DNA of 64,000 bases, from IMG/VR virus record IMGVR_UViG_3300027791_000011; one strand, 5' to 3'. The notes beneath the pieces are model-generated. The model was not told the origin of the DNA and did not search any database. It saw only the letters and a list, made by a program, of their open reading frames with translations. The position numbers and the translations under genes were made by a program. Source of the stretch: an uncultured virus (IMG/VR IMGVR_UViG_3300027791_000011). Lineage: Duplodnaviria; Heunggongvirae; Uroviricota; Caudoviricetes. This document shows positions 19,507 through 29,100 of this stretch, piece by piece. Numbering within the stretch: the stretch's first letter is position 1; each line of letters opens with the position of its first letter.

Positions 19507-19869
19507 TTAAAAATCACTCATTAGTTGGTTATCAATTTCTTCTTGTACTTCTTCTTTTGTAGCTACCATCTTAAAACTTAAATCAGCTTGGAACCTAGCT
19601 ACTTCAACTCCATCTTTAAATATTATAATAGTAGGTATAACTGCTATCTTATGTTTCTTTTGCAACTCCGTGTCTTTACTTACATCTATATATGCAGCTG
19701 TTTGAATATCTGTAAGGTCATATGCCCACTCTACTTTATTACTCTCGTTCCACCCTGCATTAAATACTGCTATAGACATCTGCCCATACGACGCATTACT
19801 AAGTAACATAAAAAATATTATTAACATATACATACCAAATATTTTCCAAGTTACATCAGGCTTTTCCAT
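19507..19869 (-). CDS. Exported thioredoxin-fold protein lacking CxxC
   Basis: Signal/TM segment, then FNAGWN at the usual F.A.WCxxC position, YIDV and IAVIPTIIIFKDGVEVARF. The protein has no Cys. Confidence 0.75.
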   Translation of the reverse strand: MEKPDVTWKIFGMYMLIIFFMLLSNASYGQMSIAVFNAGWNESNKVEWAYDLTDIQTAAYIDVSKDTELQKKHKIAVIPTIIIFKDGVEVARFQADLSFKMVATKEEVQEEIDNQLMSDF

Positions 19870-20150
19870 TATCTGTTATATAATTTATCCTCTATTCTTT
19901 CAAGAGTCTTTTTCATTTCGTCTACATCTGATTTTGTATCCATAATAGTCTGCCTAATCATTTTATCTTTCATATCAAACTCCATACGAGTAACTTCTGG
20001 GTCTGGTGGTACTGGCATTTCCATAGCCCTTGCTATATCAGCTTGCAGCATAAACCACATACTAACTAGTGTAAATATTAACGCTGCAATTCCTCCTAAT
20101 GTTTTTATACTTAACTTTAAGGTTGTATCTTCGTTTAGTTCTTTGTCCAT
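19869..20150 (-). CDS. Single-TM protein with C-terminal coiled coil
   Basis: TLGGIAALIFTLVSMWFML helix and coiled-coil tail; TAATG-coupled to both neighbours. Confidence 0.65.
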   Translation of the reverse strand: MDKELNEDTTLKLSIKTLGGIAALIFTLVSMWFMLQADIARAMEMPVPPDPEVTRMEFDMKDKMIRQTIMDTKSDVDEMKKTLERIEDKLYNR

Positions 20151-20236
20151 TATTTTTTACATTTTACAGGACACCATCCTAAACATACTTTACCAAACGT
20201 TATTGCCTTAACAGCCTTACATATAAATTTCTTCAT
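20150..20236 (-). CDS. 28-aa cationic Cys-rich peptide MKKFICKAVKAITFGKVCLGWCPVKCKK
   Basis: Below the ORF-track cutoff. It has an A-rich leader, exactly fills the gap, and its TAA overlaps the next ATG (TAATG at 20150). Confidence 0.7.
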   Translation of the reverse strand: MKKFICKAVKAITFGKVCLGWCPVKCKK

Positions 20237-20245
20237 TTTTTATTT

Positions 20246-21340
20246 TTAAAATATTATATAATTTACTCCTAGTTTAAAGTCATACCACTCTCTATTCCAA
20301 TACTTATTATATTTACCCTCTACAAAGTATCCTAAATTTTTATTTACCTTTATACCATATATTAATCCTGCAGAATAATCATACCATTGATCCTCTGTTA
20401 TGTAATTATGGTAAGAGAACTCACTGCCATCATTGTAGTGGTACGGCATTAAATTGCCCCATGCGTGCAACCATGTGTTTTTCTTATATTTATAATAATC
20501 AAACCCAAACACTAAAGAGTGTTGAATTATCTTTTTTAACTCGCCCCTTTTCTTTTCTGTATACTCTGCTAGAACTTGAGGTATAACTACTTCTTTCCAT
20601 ACTTCAGCACTATTAGCAACTATATTTCCACTAGGATCAGTATATTCATTCGCATATAAATCATAACTATATCCTTCTTCTATAGCTAAATGCGTATAAT
20701 GTAAACTACCATTATCCAACAACCACTCTGCTAAAGGATCATATCCATAAGGCTCAGCAAGTCTATGTGCTGCGCCTATGCTAAAAGACAAGTCTGAGTT
20801 TTTCTTAACTCTATATCTTTCTGACAATTCAAAATATTCTATATCTGCAAATCCGTCTTTTAAATATTCTACTTTAGCAGCAAATTGATTAACACAATAA
20901 GGACCATCACATGCGTCGTCAGAGCTATATCTAATAAAATGATGTTGATCTATATAGTCAACTCCTTGTTGCCTAGCATAATCGATTTCAAATAAATATT
21001 CAAATCCTTGTACTTTACCAACTGTAGCTGCATCACTGTAGTTAGACTCAGTACCGTCATAAAAAGTATTAGCTTTATTTTCATATCCAAATCTAGCTAT
21101 CTTTCGTATACCAAATGTAATAGAGTAATCATAAGGAGTGTTTATAACACCTTCTTCTAATTGCCCTGAAGTAATAGCAAATGTAGATCTAGGAGATAAC
21201 GATGTTCCACCGTTAACTGCTCCATACACAGTAGAAAATTTTAATTGTTTTTTAAACTCAGATTTAAAATCAAAATCTATTTGAGCATTAACTGTAAAGC
21301 TAATTAAAAGGATTAATAAAATATTTAGAATTTTGTTCAT
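20246..21340 (-). CDS. Putative outer-membrane beta-barrel protein
   Basis: Sec signal (..SFTVNA|Q), alternating aromatic strands and a C-terminal BAM-type signal FKLGVNYIIF. Confidence 0.7.
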   Translation of the reverse strand: MNKILNILLILLISFTVNAQIDFDFKSEFKKQLKFSTVYGAVNGGTSLSPRSTFAITSGQLEEGVINTPYDYSITFGIRKIARFGYENKANTFYDGTESNYSDAATVGKVQGFEYLFEIDYARQQGVDYIDQHHFIRYSSDDACDGPYCVNQFAAKVEYLKDGFADIEYFELSERYRVKKNSDLSFSIGAAHRLAEPYGYDPLAEWLLDNGSLHYTHLAIEEGYSYDLYANEYTDPSGNIVANSAEVWKEVVIPQVLAEYTEKKRGELKKIIQHSLVFGFDYYKYKKNTWLHAWGNLMPYHYNDGSEFSYHNYITEDQWYDYSAGLIYGIKVNKNLGYFVEGKYNKYWNREWYDFKLGVNYIIF

Positions 21341-21636
21341 TACCCTGATACTTTCACTGCTCCACTACTATTCCATAATTGACCAGCACTTCCTGGATCC
21401 CTGGTTGGTAATGAATCTCCCATTGTGTTTGGTAATAGAAGCTCAGCACTTATTACATATCTTCTTAACTCATCTATATCTTCTTGCATTTGTTGCATTT
21501 GATATAGCATGGCTGCTTCAGCAGGATAAGCTTCTAATGTAGTGTGATTTCCAGCGTCAAATTTAGCTTTCATTGCGGCTTTTATATCGCCTGATCTTGA
21601 ATGTATTGCTTCTTGTTTTTTACTTGCTAATGCCAT
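21340..21636 (-). CDS. Hypothetical protein (fibre-associated)
   Basis: Coiled coil plus C-terminal LPTRDPGSAGQLWNSSGAVKVS motif typical of phage fibre-region proteins. Confidence 0.55.
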   Translation of the reverse strand: MALASKKQEAIHSRSGDIKAAMKAKFDAGNHTTLEAYPAEAAMLYQMQQMQEDIDELRRYVISAELLLPNTMGDSLPTRDPGSAGQLWNSSGAVKVSG

Positions 21637-21643
21637 ATTGTTT

Positions 21644-23830
21644 TTATATTAATGCTAAGGTTACTGTAGCTCCATATATGAGAATATTTGCTGCTCCAGG
21701 AGTACATTTAATTACTAAATCTTGAGTTGCTGATGAAGGTATGTTTGTTATTGCTTGGTTTGTGTTGAACGTAGCGTTTGTTGATGCGACCGCATTTGTA
21801 GAACCAGTTTGGTAGTTAAATGGTGAGATAACTGCGGCGTTAGAAGTATTAGCACTTGCGTGTACTTGAACGTATGTTACTTTGAATAGTGGTGGTATTT
21901 CCACAAATGCGTAGAAATCATCAGTAGTACCGTGCCCCCTAACTGCTAGCGTATTAGCTACAGCGTCATGAACATACGCCGGTCTTCCAGTATCAGGATT
22001 GTTCTTAAACTCATTAGGAAATACTTTTATTGTTAGTGATTGAGTTTTAATGTGGTTACCTTCTATTGAAGCTGCTCCAGCTGCAACTCTTTCAAAAGTA
22101 CAGTCAGGCTCTTCTAAACTGATTGACCCAGTAGTTGTTACAACACCAGTTATATTTGTATTACCTTCTAATTCAATTGTAGTGGCAGCATCTAAAGTTA
22201 AAACAGTACCTTCTATATCAACAGTTGTCCCTGAAGTAATAGTTGATGCTCCTGTAACATCTATATCTAAGACACCTGCGTCTATATCAACTATAGACCC
22301 AGCATTTGCATCAGCATCTAAATGAAAAGCAACTCCTGCTAAATGTTCAGTAATTATACGGACGTCACTAGCAGATCCTTGAGACATTATTGTTGTTTGA
22401 CCCCCAGAATCAAAGTACTGTGCTCCTACTGATGTAATGGCTGTTGCTCCCGCTACATCTACGTCTAGCCCTCCCGCAGTAGCATTTATATCTATTGCGT
22501 TAGTTCCTGTTCCTGCAGAGTTAATTGATAGTACTTGCGCTCCTCCTCCAACTACCGCTAAAGAAAGATCTTTACCAGATCCTGTAACGTGTATGTTAGA
22601 GTCATCTGTACCATCTATAGATATAGTAGTTCCATCTAACGATGCAGCTCCTAGTGCATTTAAATCTAAAATACCAGCATCGATTTTAACTTCTGAGCCA
22701 GCGTCAGCATTTGCAGCTATATGAAATGCAAGGCCTGCAGTGTGTTCAGTAATCATTCTTATATCACTTGCATTTCCCTGGGACATTATAATTGTTTGTC
22801 CGCTAGAGTCAAAAGTTTGAGCACCTACTGTTGTAATGACTGTTGCTCCTTCTACGTCTACATCTAACCCACCTGCAGTGGCGTTTATGTCTATTGCATT
22901 GGTTCCTGTACCAGCTGAAGTAAGTGATAACACTTGAGCACCACCACCAACTACACCTACAGTAAGGTCTTTACCAGACCCTGTGACATTTATATTAGAA
23001 TCGTCTGTTCCGTCTATAGACACAGTAGCCGCATCTATTGTAGCAGTTCCTGTAACATCTATATCTAGAATACCAGCATCAATATCTACAATCGATCCTG
23101 CGTTTGCATTTGCATCTAAATGGAATGCTGTTCCCGCTAAATGCTCAGTGATTACTCTAACATCGCTTGCGCTCCCTTGAGCTAATATAGTAATTTGCCC
23201 GCTAGCGTCAATGGTAGATATTCCAGTTGTAGTAGTTATATGTGTAGCAGCATTAAGCGTGCTAGCTCCTGTTACATCTATGTCTAAAATACCAGCGTCA
23301 ATTTGTACTTCTGAAGCTGCATTTGCGTTTGCGTCAAGGTGGAAAGCAACTCCTGCTGTGTGAGCGGTAGTTATTTTAATATCACTTGCTGCTCCTGCGG
23401 TATCAATAGTAATTGCACCTGAAGTATCTATATCTAAAGCTACAGCATCTAAATCTAAATTTCCAGATCCATCATAAGCTAATGCTTCTGTATCATCTCC
23501 AAATGTTGCTCCAGTAGCACCTGCAATTGTAACTGTAGAAGCTGCATCTATAGTAGTAGCACCATCTGAATCTATATCCAATATACCTGCATCTATATTT
23601 AATATTGAACCTGCAGTTCCATTACATTCAATTTTAATTGCCTCTCCTGCTGTATGTTCTGAGACGATATGAATATTACTAGCAGCTCCTTCACCTGCTA
23701 TATACATACTACCATCACCAATACCAATTATATCTACATTACCATCTACTTGGAGGCCTCCCCATTTTTTTGCTGTTGTTCCTATACTACCTTCATTATC
23801 GGCTCTAGGGACTATATTTTTTGTTGCCAT
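21644..23830 (-). CDS. Tail fibre/spike with internal repeats
   Basis: N-terminal IVPRADNEGSIGTTAKKW, repeated IDAGILDID/EHxAGxAFH units, and Ala/Gly/Thr/Asp-rich composition. Confidence 0.75.
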   Translation of the reverse strand: MATKNIVPRADNEGSIGTTAKKWGGLQVDGNVDIIGIGDGSMYIAGEGAASNIHIVSEHTAGEAIKIECNGTAGSILNIDAGILDIDSDGATTIDAASTVTIAGATGATFGDDTEALAYDGSGNLDLDAVALDIDTSGAITIDTAGAASDIKITTAHTAGVAFHLDANANAASEVQIDAGILDIDVTGASTLNAATHITTTTGISTIDASGQITILAQGSASDVRVITEHLAGTAFHLDANANAGSIVDIDAGILDIDVTGTATIDAATVSIDGTDDSNINVTGSGKDLTVGVVGGGAQVLSLTSAGTGTNAIDINATAGGLDVDVEGATVITTVGAQTFDSSGQTIIMSQGNASDIRMITEHTAGLAFHIAANADAGSEVKIDAGILDLNALGAASLDGTTISIDGTDDSNIHVTGSGKDLSLAVVGGGAQVLSINSAGTGTNAIDINATAGGLDVDVAGATAITSVGAQYFDSGGQTTIMSQGSASDVRIITEHLAGVAFHLDADANAGSIVDIDAGVLDIDVTGASTITSGTTVDIEGTVLTLDAATTIELEGNTNITGVVTTTGSISLEEPDCTFERVAAGAASIEGNHIKTQSLTIKVFPNEFKNNPDTGRPAYVHDAVANTLAVRGHGTTDDFYAFVEIPPLFKVTYVQVHASANTSNAAVISPFNYQTGSTNAVASTNATFNTNQAITNIPSSATQDLVIKCTPGAANILIYGATVTLALI

Positions 23831-23851
23831 ATTCTTTTATTTTTTATATTA

Positions 23852-24106
23852 TTAAATTACTTCAGGCATTATATCACCATTTGAATCTATATCCCAGCAC
23901 TCACTAATACTAGGAGATACTTCTGGCATAATGTCGCCACCCCCATCTAAATCCCAAGTATCACAAAAATCTGTAATAATATCTTGGGGTCGTAAGTTCT
24001 GCACTCCATCATCCTCAAAAAAGCAACATAAAGTAAATTGACTTAAGACTGGATAATTAGCTAAACGTATATTACTAATACCTAATATGTTTTGTAATAT
24101 AGTCAC
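23852..24106 (-). CDS. Hypothetical protein with duplicated WDxDxxGDIMPEV motif
   Basis: ORF track; two tandem copies of the motif at the C-terminus. Confidence 0.55.
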   Translation of the reverse strand: MTILQNILGISNIRLANYPVLSQFTLCCFFEDDGVQNLRPQDIITDFCDTWDLDGGGDIMPEVSPSISECWDIDSNGDIMPEVI

Positions 24107-24405
24107 TATTTATAGTATGCCATTATTGACCCATCCACTAAAGCTACAGCTTTAAAATCTCCGTAGTATGGAAGTCCTGTTATTAAATCTATATCTGTAG
24201 TTACAGTATTAGCTCCATTTTCCTCCCAATTTACAATAGATGCAGAAACATCTAAAGTTGTATTATCCGCTATAGCTATTATACAATAAAAGTGCCCATA
24301 GTGTTTAGCTGTATTGTTTATTACATTAGCCCCCTGCTGTCCATAAGGAGCCTTTAGTAGATCTTCTACCATATTTGTTGTGTCCCTATCTTTTATTAAT
24401 GCCAT
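24106..24405 (-). CDS. Hypothetical small virion-type protein
   Basis: ORF in operon; ends YYGDFKAVALVDGSIMAYY. Confidence 0.55.
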   Translation of the reverse strand: MALIKDRDTTNMVEDLLKAPYGQQGANVINNTAKHYGHFYCIIAIADNTTLDVSASIVNWEENGANTVTTDIDLITGLPYYGDFKAVALVDGSIMAYYK

Positions 24406-24418
24406 ATTTTCTTATTTA

Positions 24419-24829
24419 TTAATTATCGATTACTATCTTACGAATACTCATTATTTGTTTTGCACTAATATCAAAAGGTAGCTTATCAGAATAAATAGTA
24501 TAAAGTTGAATAGTAGCTTCTTCTTCTAATAGCTTTTCAACTTCTTTTAATTGTTCCTGTCTAGCTTGTTCAAGATCTTTATGCTCATCTTCTAATTTTT
24601 TAGCTGCAGCTTCGTTTCCGTCTTTATGTAACTTTTGAACTTCTTCAGCTACCTTTCTAAACTCATCTGTTGGTTTACTTGCTTCTTCAATGTGTTTTAA
24701 TTCTTTCTGAATATTCTCTATGTTTTTAGCTACTACCATAGCGAATTTAACTCCACGCAATTCTGAACATTCGTTTAGACCTTGCATTAATTCTACTAAC
24801 TGCCTGTTTGTTACTGTTTGTGTTGCCAT
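24419..24829 (-). CDS. Coiled-coil protein, possible fibre assembly chaperone
   Basis: Helical and charged; lies between fibre genes. Confidence 0.5.
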   Translation of the reverse strand: MATQTVTNRQLVELMQGLNECSELRGVKFAMVVAKNIENIQKELKHIEEASKPTDEFRKVAEEVQKLHKDGNEAAAKKLEDEHKDLEQARQEQLKEVEKLLEEEATIQLYTIYSDKLPFDISAKQIMSIRKIVIDN

Positions 24830-24858
24830 CGTTTTAAATTTATTTAGTTTATATTAGT

Positions 24859-26181
24859 TTATGCGGGTGTTGCAAAATACGGAACCCACTTATCCGTGCC
24901 ATTTATATTTATTCTTGCCCATCCATCATTTGCGTTTGTGTGATTAGGAAATGTTCCATGTAAACTAGAAACGCATGTAGACGCATCTGTTGCTGATGAT
25001 CCAGTAAATATGATGAATGGTTCATCATTGTCATTTTGATCTAACTCTAAACAAGCGGCTCCAGTTGTATCGTTTTGTATGTCAACTACAGCATTGTTAT
25101 TAGCTCCTGTACTACCAAAGGTAAAGTGTTTATTAGATCCGTGAATTTTCATAACTTGAGCAATAGTACCTCCATCAGTTACAGAAAGATTAATATCTCC
25201 ATCTCCTGATCCTGAATTACCTGCTAATAAATTAATAGCTCCTCCTGCAGCAGTGCCGTTTGCAGCACCTCCAGATAATGTTATAGCTCCTCCAGCTGTA
25301 TTACTAGCTGTACCAGCAGAGCCAGTTATTTTAAATTCATTACCAGCTCCTGTACTAGGAGACATAACGTTTATTTCTCTTGTGTCACCAGATGTAAAAG
25401 ATATATTATCTCCTACAGTTAATGCTGCAGTATTAGTAGTATCATATGTTGCAGTAGGACCACTGTGTCCTATAAAAACTCTACCAGTAGTATCAATGTT
25501 TATACCTTCCGATGAGCCATCACCACTAAGCCATCCTATTCCTAAGTCTAAATTATGACCATTTAAACTAACTTCATTATTAAAAACTACTGATGATGTA
25601 AATGTAACGTCATTTAAATCCACATTTAAAGTATGTGGAGAAGTAGTAAGATCCCAAGCTAATCCCGCACCTGCTGGTATTAAAGTAGAGAGTGATGCAT
25701 ACTCTGCATTTAAGCCGTCAGTTTTTAAAACTTGATTAGCTGTTCCTACTCCAGATAGAGTTAATGCATTTATAGCAGATTGTTGATTTAAAGCTCCTGT
25801 ACCTCCGTTTTCTATAGATAGTACGCTTACTCCTCCGTCAGATGCTAAATCTATAGTTTGTAAAAATTTAGATTTCTCATTGTTGCAACTATTTAAATCT
25901 AATTCTGCTGGATAAAAGTTTGCCATGATAGTTCCACTAGAAGTATTAAAAGCTAAAAGATTTGTATTAGATTTAATACTTTTTAATTTAATTCTATTCC
26001 CTGTAGTAGATTCTATCAATCCAACTCCAATACCACTATTAGTTACAGTTGTAGCTAAATCAGATGCTTTAAATTTTGCTTCTCTATTACTTGTAATATC
26101 TGCTATATACACATACCAAGCTCCAGCATTAATCTGTTCTATTACTGCGTTTTGTAAATTTTTTATTTTTGTATTTGCCAT
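24859..26181 (-). CDS. Tail fibre-like protein
   Basis: LSIENGGTGA, GTANQVLKTDG, GGAITLSGG/GGAINLLAG repeats and C-terminal WARININGTDKWVPYF. Confidence 0.7.
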   Translation of the reverse strand: MANTKIKNLQNAVIEQINAGAWYVYIADITSNREAKFKASDLATTVTNSGIGVGLIESTTGNRIKLKSIKSNTNLLAFNTSSGTIMANFYPAELDLNSCNNEKSKFLQTIDLASDGGVSVLSIENGGTGALNQQSAINALTLSGVGTANQVLKTDGLNAEYASLSTLIPAGAGLAWDLTTSPHTLNVDLNDVTFTSSVVFNNEVSLNGHNLDLGIGWLSGDGSSEGINIDTTGRVFIGHSGPTATYDTTNTAALTVGDNISFTSGDTREINVMSPSTGAGNEFKITGSAGTASNTAGGAITLSGGAANGTAAGGAINLLAGNSGSGDGDINLSVTDGGTIAQVMKIHGSNKHFTFGSTGANNNAVVDIQNDTTGAACLELDQNDNDEPFIIFTGSSATDASTCVSSLHGTFPNHTNANDGWARININGTDKWVPYFATPA

Positions 26182-26192
26182 AGTTTTATTTT

Positions 26193-29100
26193 TTAAAAGT
26201 CAAAATTCTGTATGTCATCTACTCCGTCTACCCCTCTTATAGGAGAAGATGATTCGTTTGGATCTGGTAGATAATCAACATCTTCGTCTGTTTTAGCCTT
26301 GCTTGCGCAGTCTGGGCAGATCTTTGTTAAATAAGTGGTCCAAGTTAGTAAAATTTTAGGAGATAAGCAAGACCCGCGGAACCCTAATCCGAATCTTTTT
26401 ATTAAGTATCTTATTAACAATACCCTCCACACATCTATAGTATTGTAAGTGAAACTGTTCATATCTAGTACTCCTCCTAGCATTTTATCATAAACAGTAG
26501 TAGCAAGATTACCTACACATCCTACAATATCTTCAAGATCGTCAAGACATTCAGGGCAGTCTGGTTCTGCTGAAGCCGTTCCCGCACATCTAAATACACC
26601 ATTACAGTATGTTAAATGCTGCGTTCCTGTACATTCGTGTCCTACAAATTGAGCAGTTGTAGAATGAAACTCTCCATTTATATAAGACTCACTTGATATT
26701 GGAGTTCCTCCCCCATCTAGTACAGTTATATTTTGAAGGTCTGTAGCTGTAAGTGTAGGGTCTGCTAAGTACGCAACTGTTGGTATACCCCCTACATTTT
26801 GATTATATAATTCAAATGCAAAAGCTGCTGGTCCCGTAACATTTTTACCATCAAATTGTAAAGTATGTTTTCCTGGGAGTAAAGCTATAGGAAATAAATT
26901 CCAAAATGTATTATTAGATGTTTGATTAAGTAAATGTATATACACCTGCCCGTCTACACTAAATCTAACTTCATCGTCTCCAGCTAAAGCTAGTATAAAA
27001 TTAGTAGCAACTGGTATATCTATAGTACATATTGTAATACCAGGTCTAGAATTAACAGGCTGATGAGCTGTAGTAGTAGAAGTATATTGATTAAACCATT
27101 GAGGCCATATACCTATATCTTTTAATCTATTATTATATACTGGGAAGTTCATAGTCCAAGATGGATCTGTTGCTAAGATACCTGCTCCAACGTCTATAAC
27201 TTCAGCTTCTCCTGGTAGAGTAGGTAGTTGCGATGTGAATGGTAATAAATTTACATCTTGACCTACAGGAACTGGTGATGTATAAGTACCTCCAGTCCAT
27301 ACTCCAAATATTTTAGCGCCAACTTGCCCCCAAGTTAAAGTGTTTGCGCAGCAAGGCATGTTTTGAGCTACAGTAACTGCTGTCCAATTATTCTTCCATA
27401 CTCCAGATATATTTAAACAATCTACAGGATTATTAACACCTCCTATAACTGTACCTGCATTAGCATCAAAACATTTACCATATAACGGTGCAGCTTCATT
27501 TTCAAATCCTATACATGTATTGAAGTTTGGATTAACTATTAAATTTCCAGTCCATACTCCTGCAGCGTTAGTACAATCTATGTAATTATTATTACCTGCA
27601 ACACTACAAGTACCAGTATTTAAGTCTTCTGTGTATTGATTTTCATCTAACTCATAACCTGGAGGACACCCACAATCACAGTTTTCCGCTCCAAATATAT
27701 CGATAAGATTTAACATTCCATTATCTAAAACGGCTGCTGCACAATTATCACAATTTTCTATTGGAGCTATAAGTGGAGAACCACTTGTCCCTCCATATGA
27801 TGATGCAGGTGCATCTATTACATTATTAGTAACTCTAACAACATACATAGCTTCTAGTGCCGCCGCTCCAAGTGGAGCAGTAACAGATAAATTTGTTAGA
27901 GTAAATTCTACTGGTGCTCCCATTTGAGCTTGTGTTGGTGTATAATAGAAATAACCTTGAGAATTTAAACCGCCATCTATTTCAGGACATATTTCAGTAC
28001 CTGCACTAGTTTCTGTTAATTGAAAACACCATCCGCTATTATTTGCGCTACATGATGGAGTTCCACATTCGTGTCCTCCTTGCCCTCCTCCTGCTGTAAA
28101 ATCAAATTTTACTTGATGGTCTGCACAACAATCTAAATTACAAGATCCTGTTCCTGGCACATCACAACAAACATCTCCGTAATAAGGAGAAAATAAATTA
28201 CTATCATATGATAAAGAAGATGCTCCTGGATCTTCTATAAATACTTCAATTGCCCAGTTCATACCTGGCCACCAAAAATCTTCTTGAACTTCAAATGTAA
28301 ATGTTCCATTAGTACCCCCCATAATAGATACTCCTGTGTGTCCTGTTGTAGTAACATTTAAATTAGATATACTTTCTAACTCTACTTTTGTACCTCCATT
28401 CCATATAGCTACTGAATGATCTGCAAATATATCTACAAAATCTGCATAACAATTATCCTCTGTACAATCTACACAAAAGTTAACACATGTAGCTGGTCCT
28501 CCAGGATTACAATCTTCTATCATATCATCAAACATAGGATTAAAGCAAGGACTAGCATCATGAACCCATATTCTATATATACCAGAATCTAAATTATCAA
28601 AGCCATAATATGTAATATTAGTATTAGCATCTACTATAGAAGTCCAAGTTCCTGGTGTTGTTGTGCTAGCATTATAATTAGTTATATTAAATATTGTAGG
28701 CCCACTGTCAGTAGCATTAGGATCAGTATTGACCCAATGTAGACCATCGTCAATACTGTAATATAAATCTCCTACTCCTCCACTTGCAGTAATAGTTATA
28801 GACCCACATCCACAATCATTACAATAAGGATGAGTATATTGTATGTCCTCAATAAGTACTGGGTTGTTTGCTATAGTCCAAGTACCTGTAACAGTTTCAC
28901 CACAAAAGTCTGTAACAGTAACTTCATAATCCCCAGGGCATAACGCTCTTATATCTTCAATAGTGGCTCCAGGCCACGTAGCAGTATTAGTTGTACTAGT
29001 ATGAGCCCCTGAAGTAGTTATCCATGAATATGTAAATGGTCCAACTCCATCATGTACAGTCAAATCAATTTCTCCACTACACTCGTCGCAACAGTTAGAA

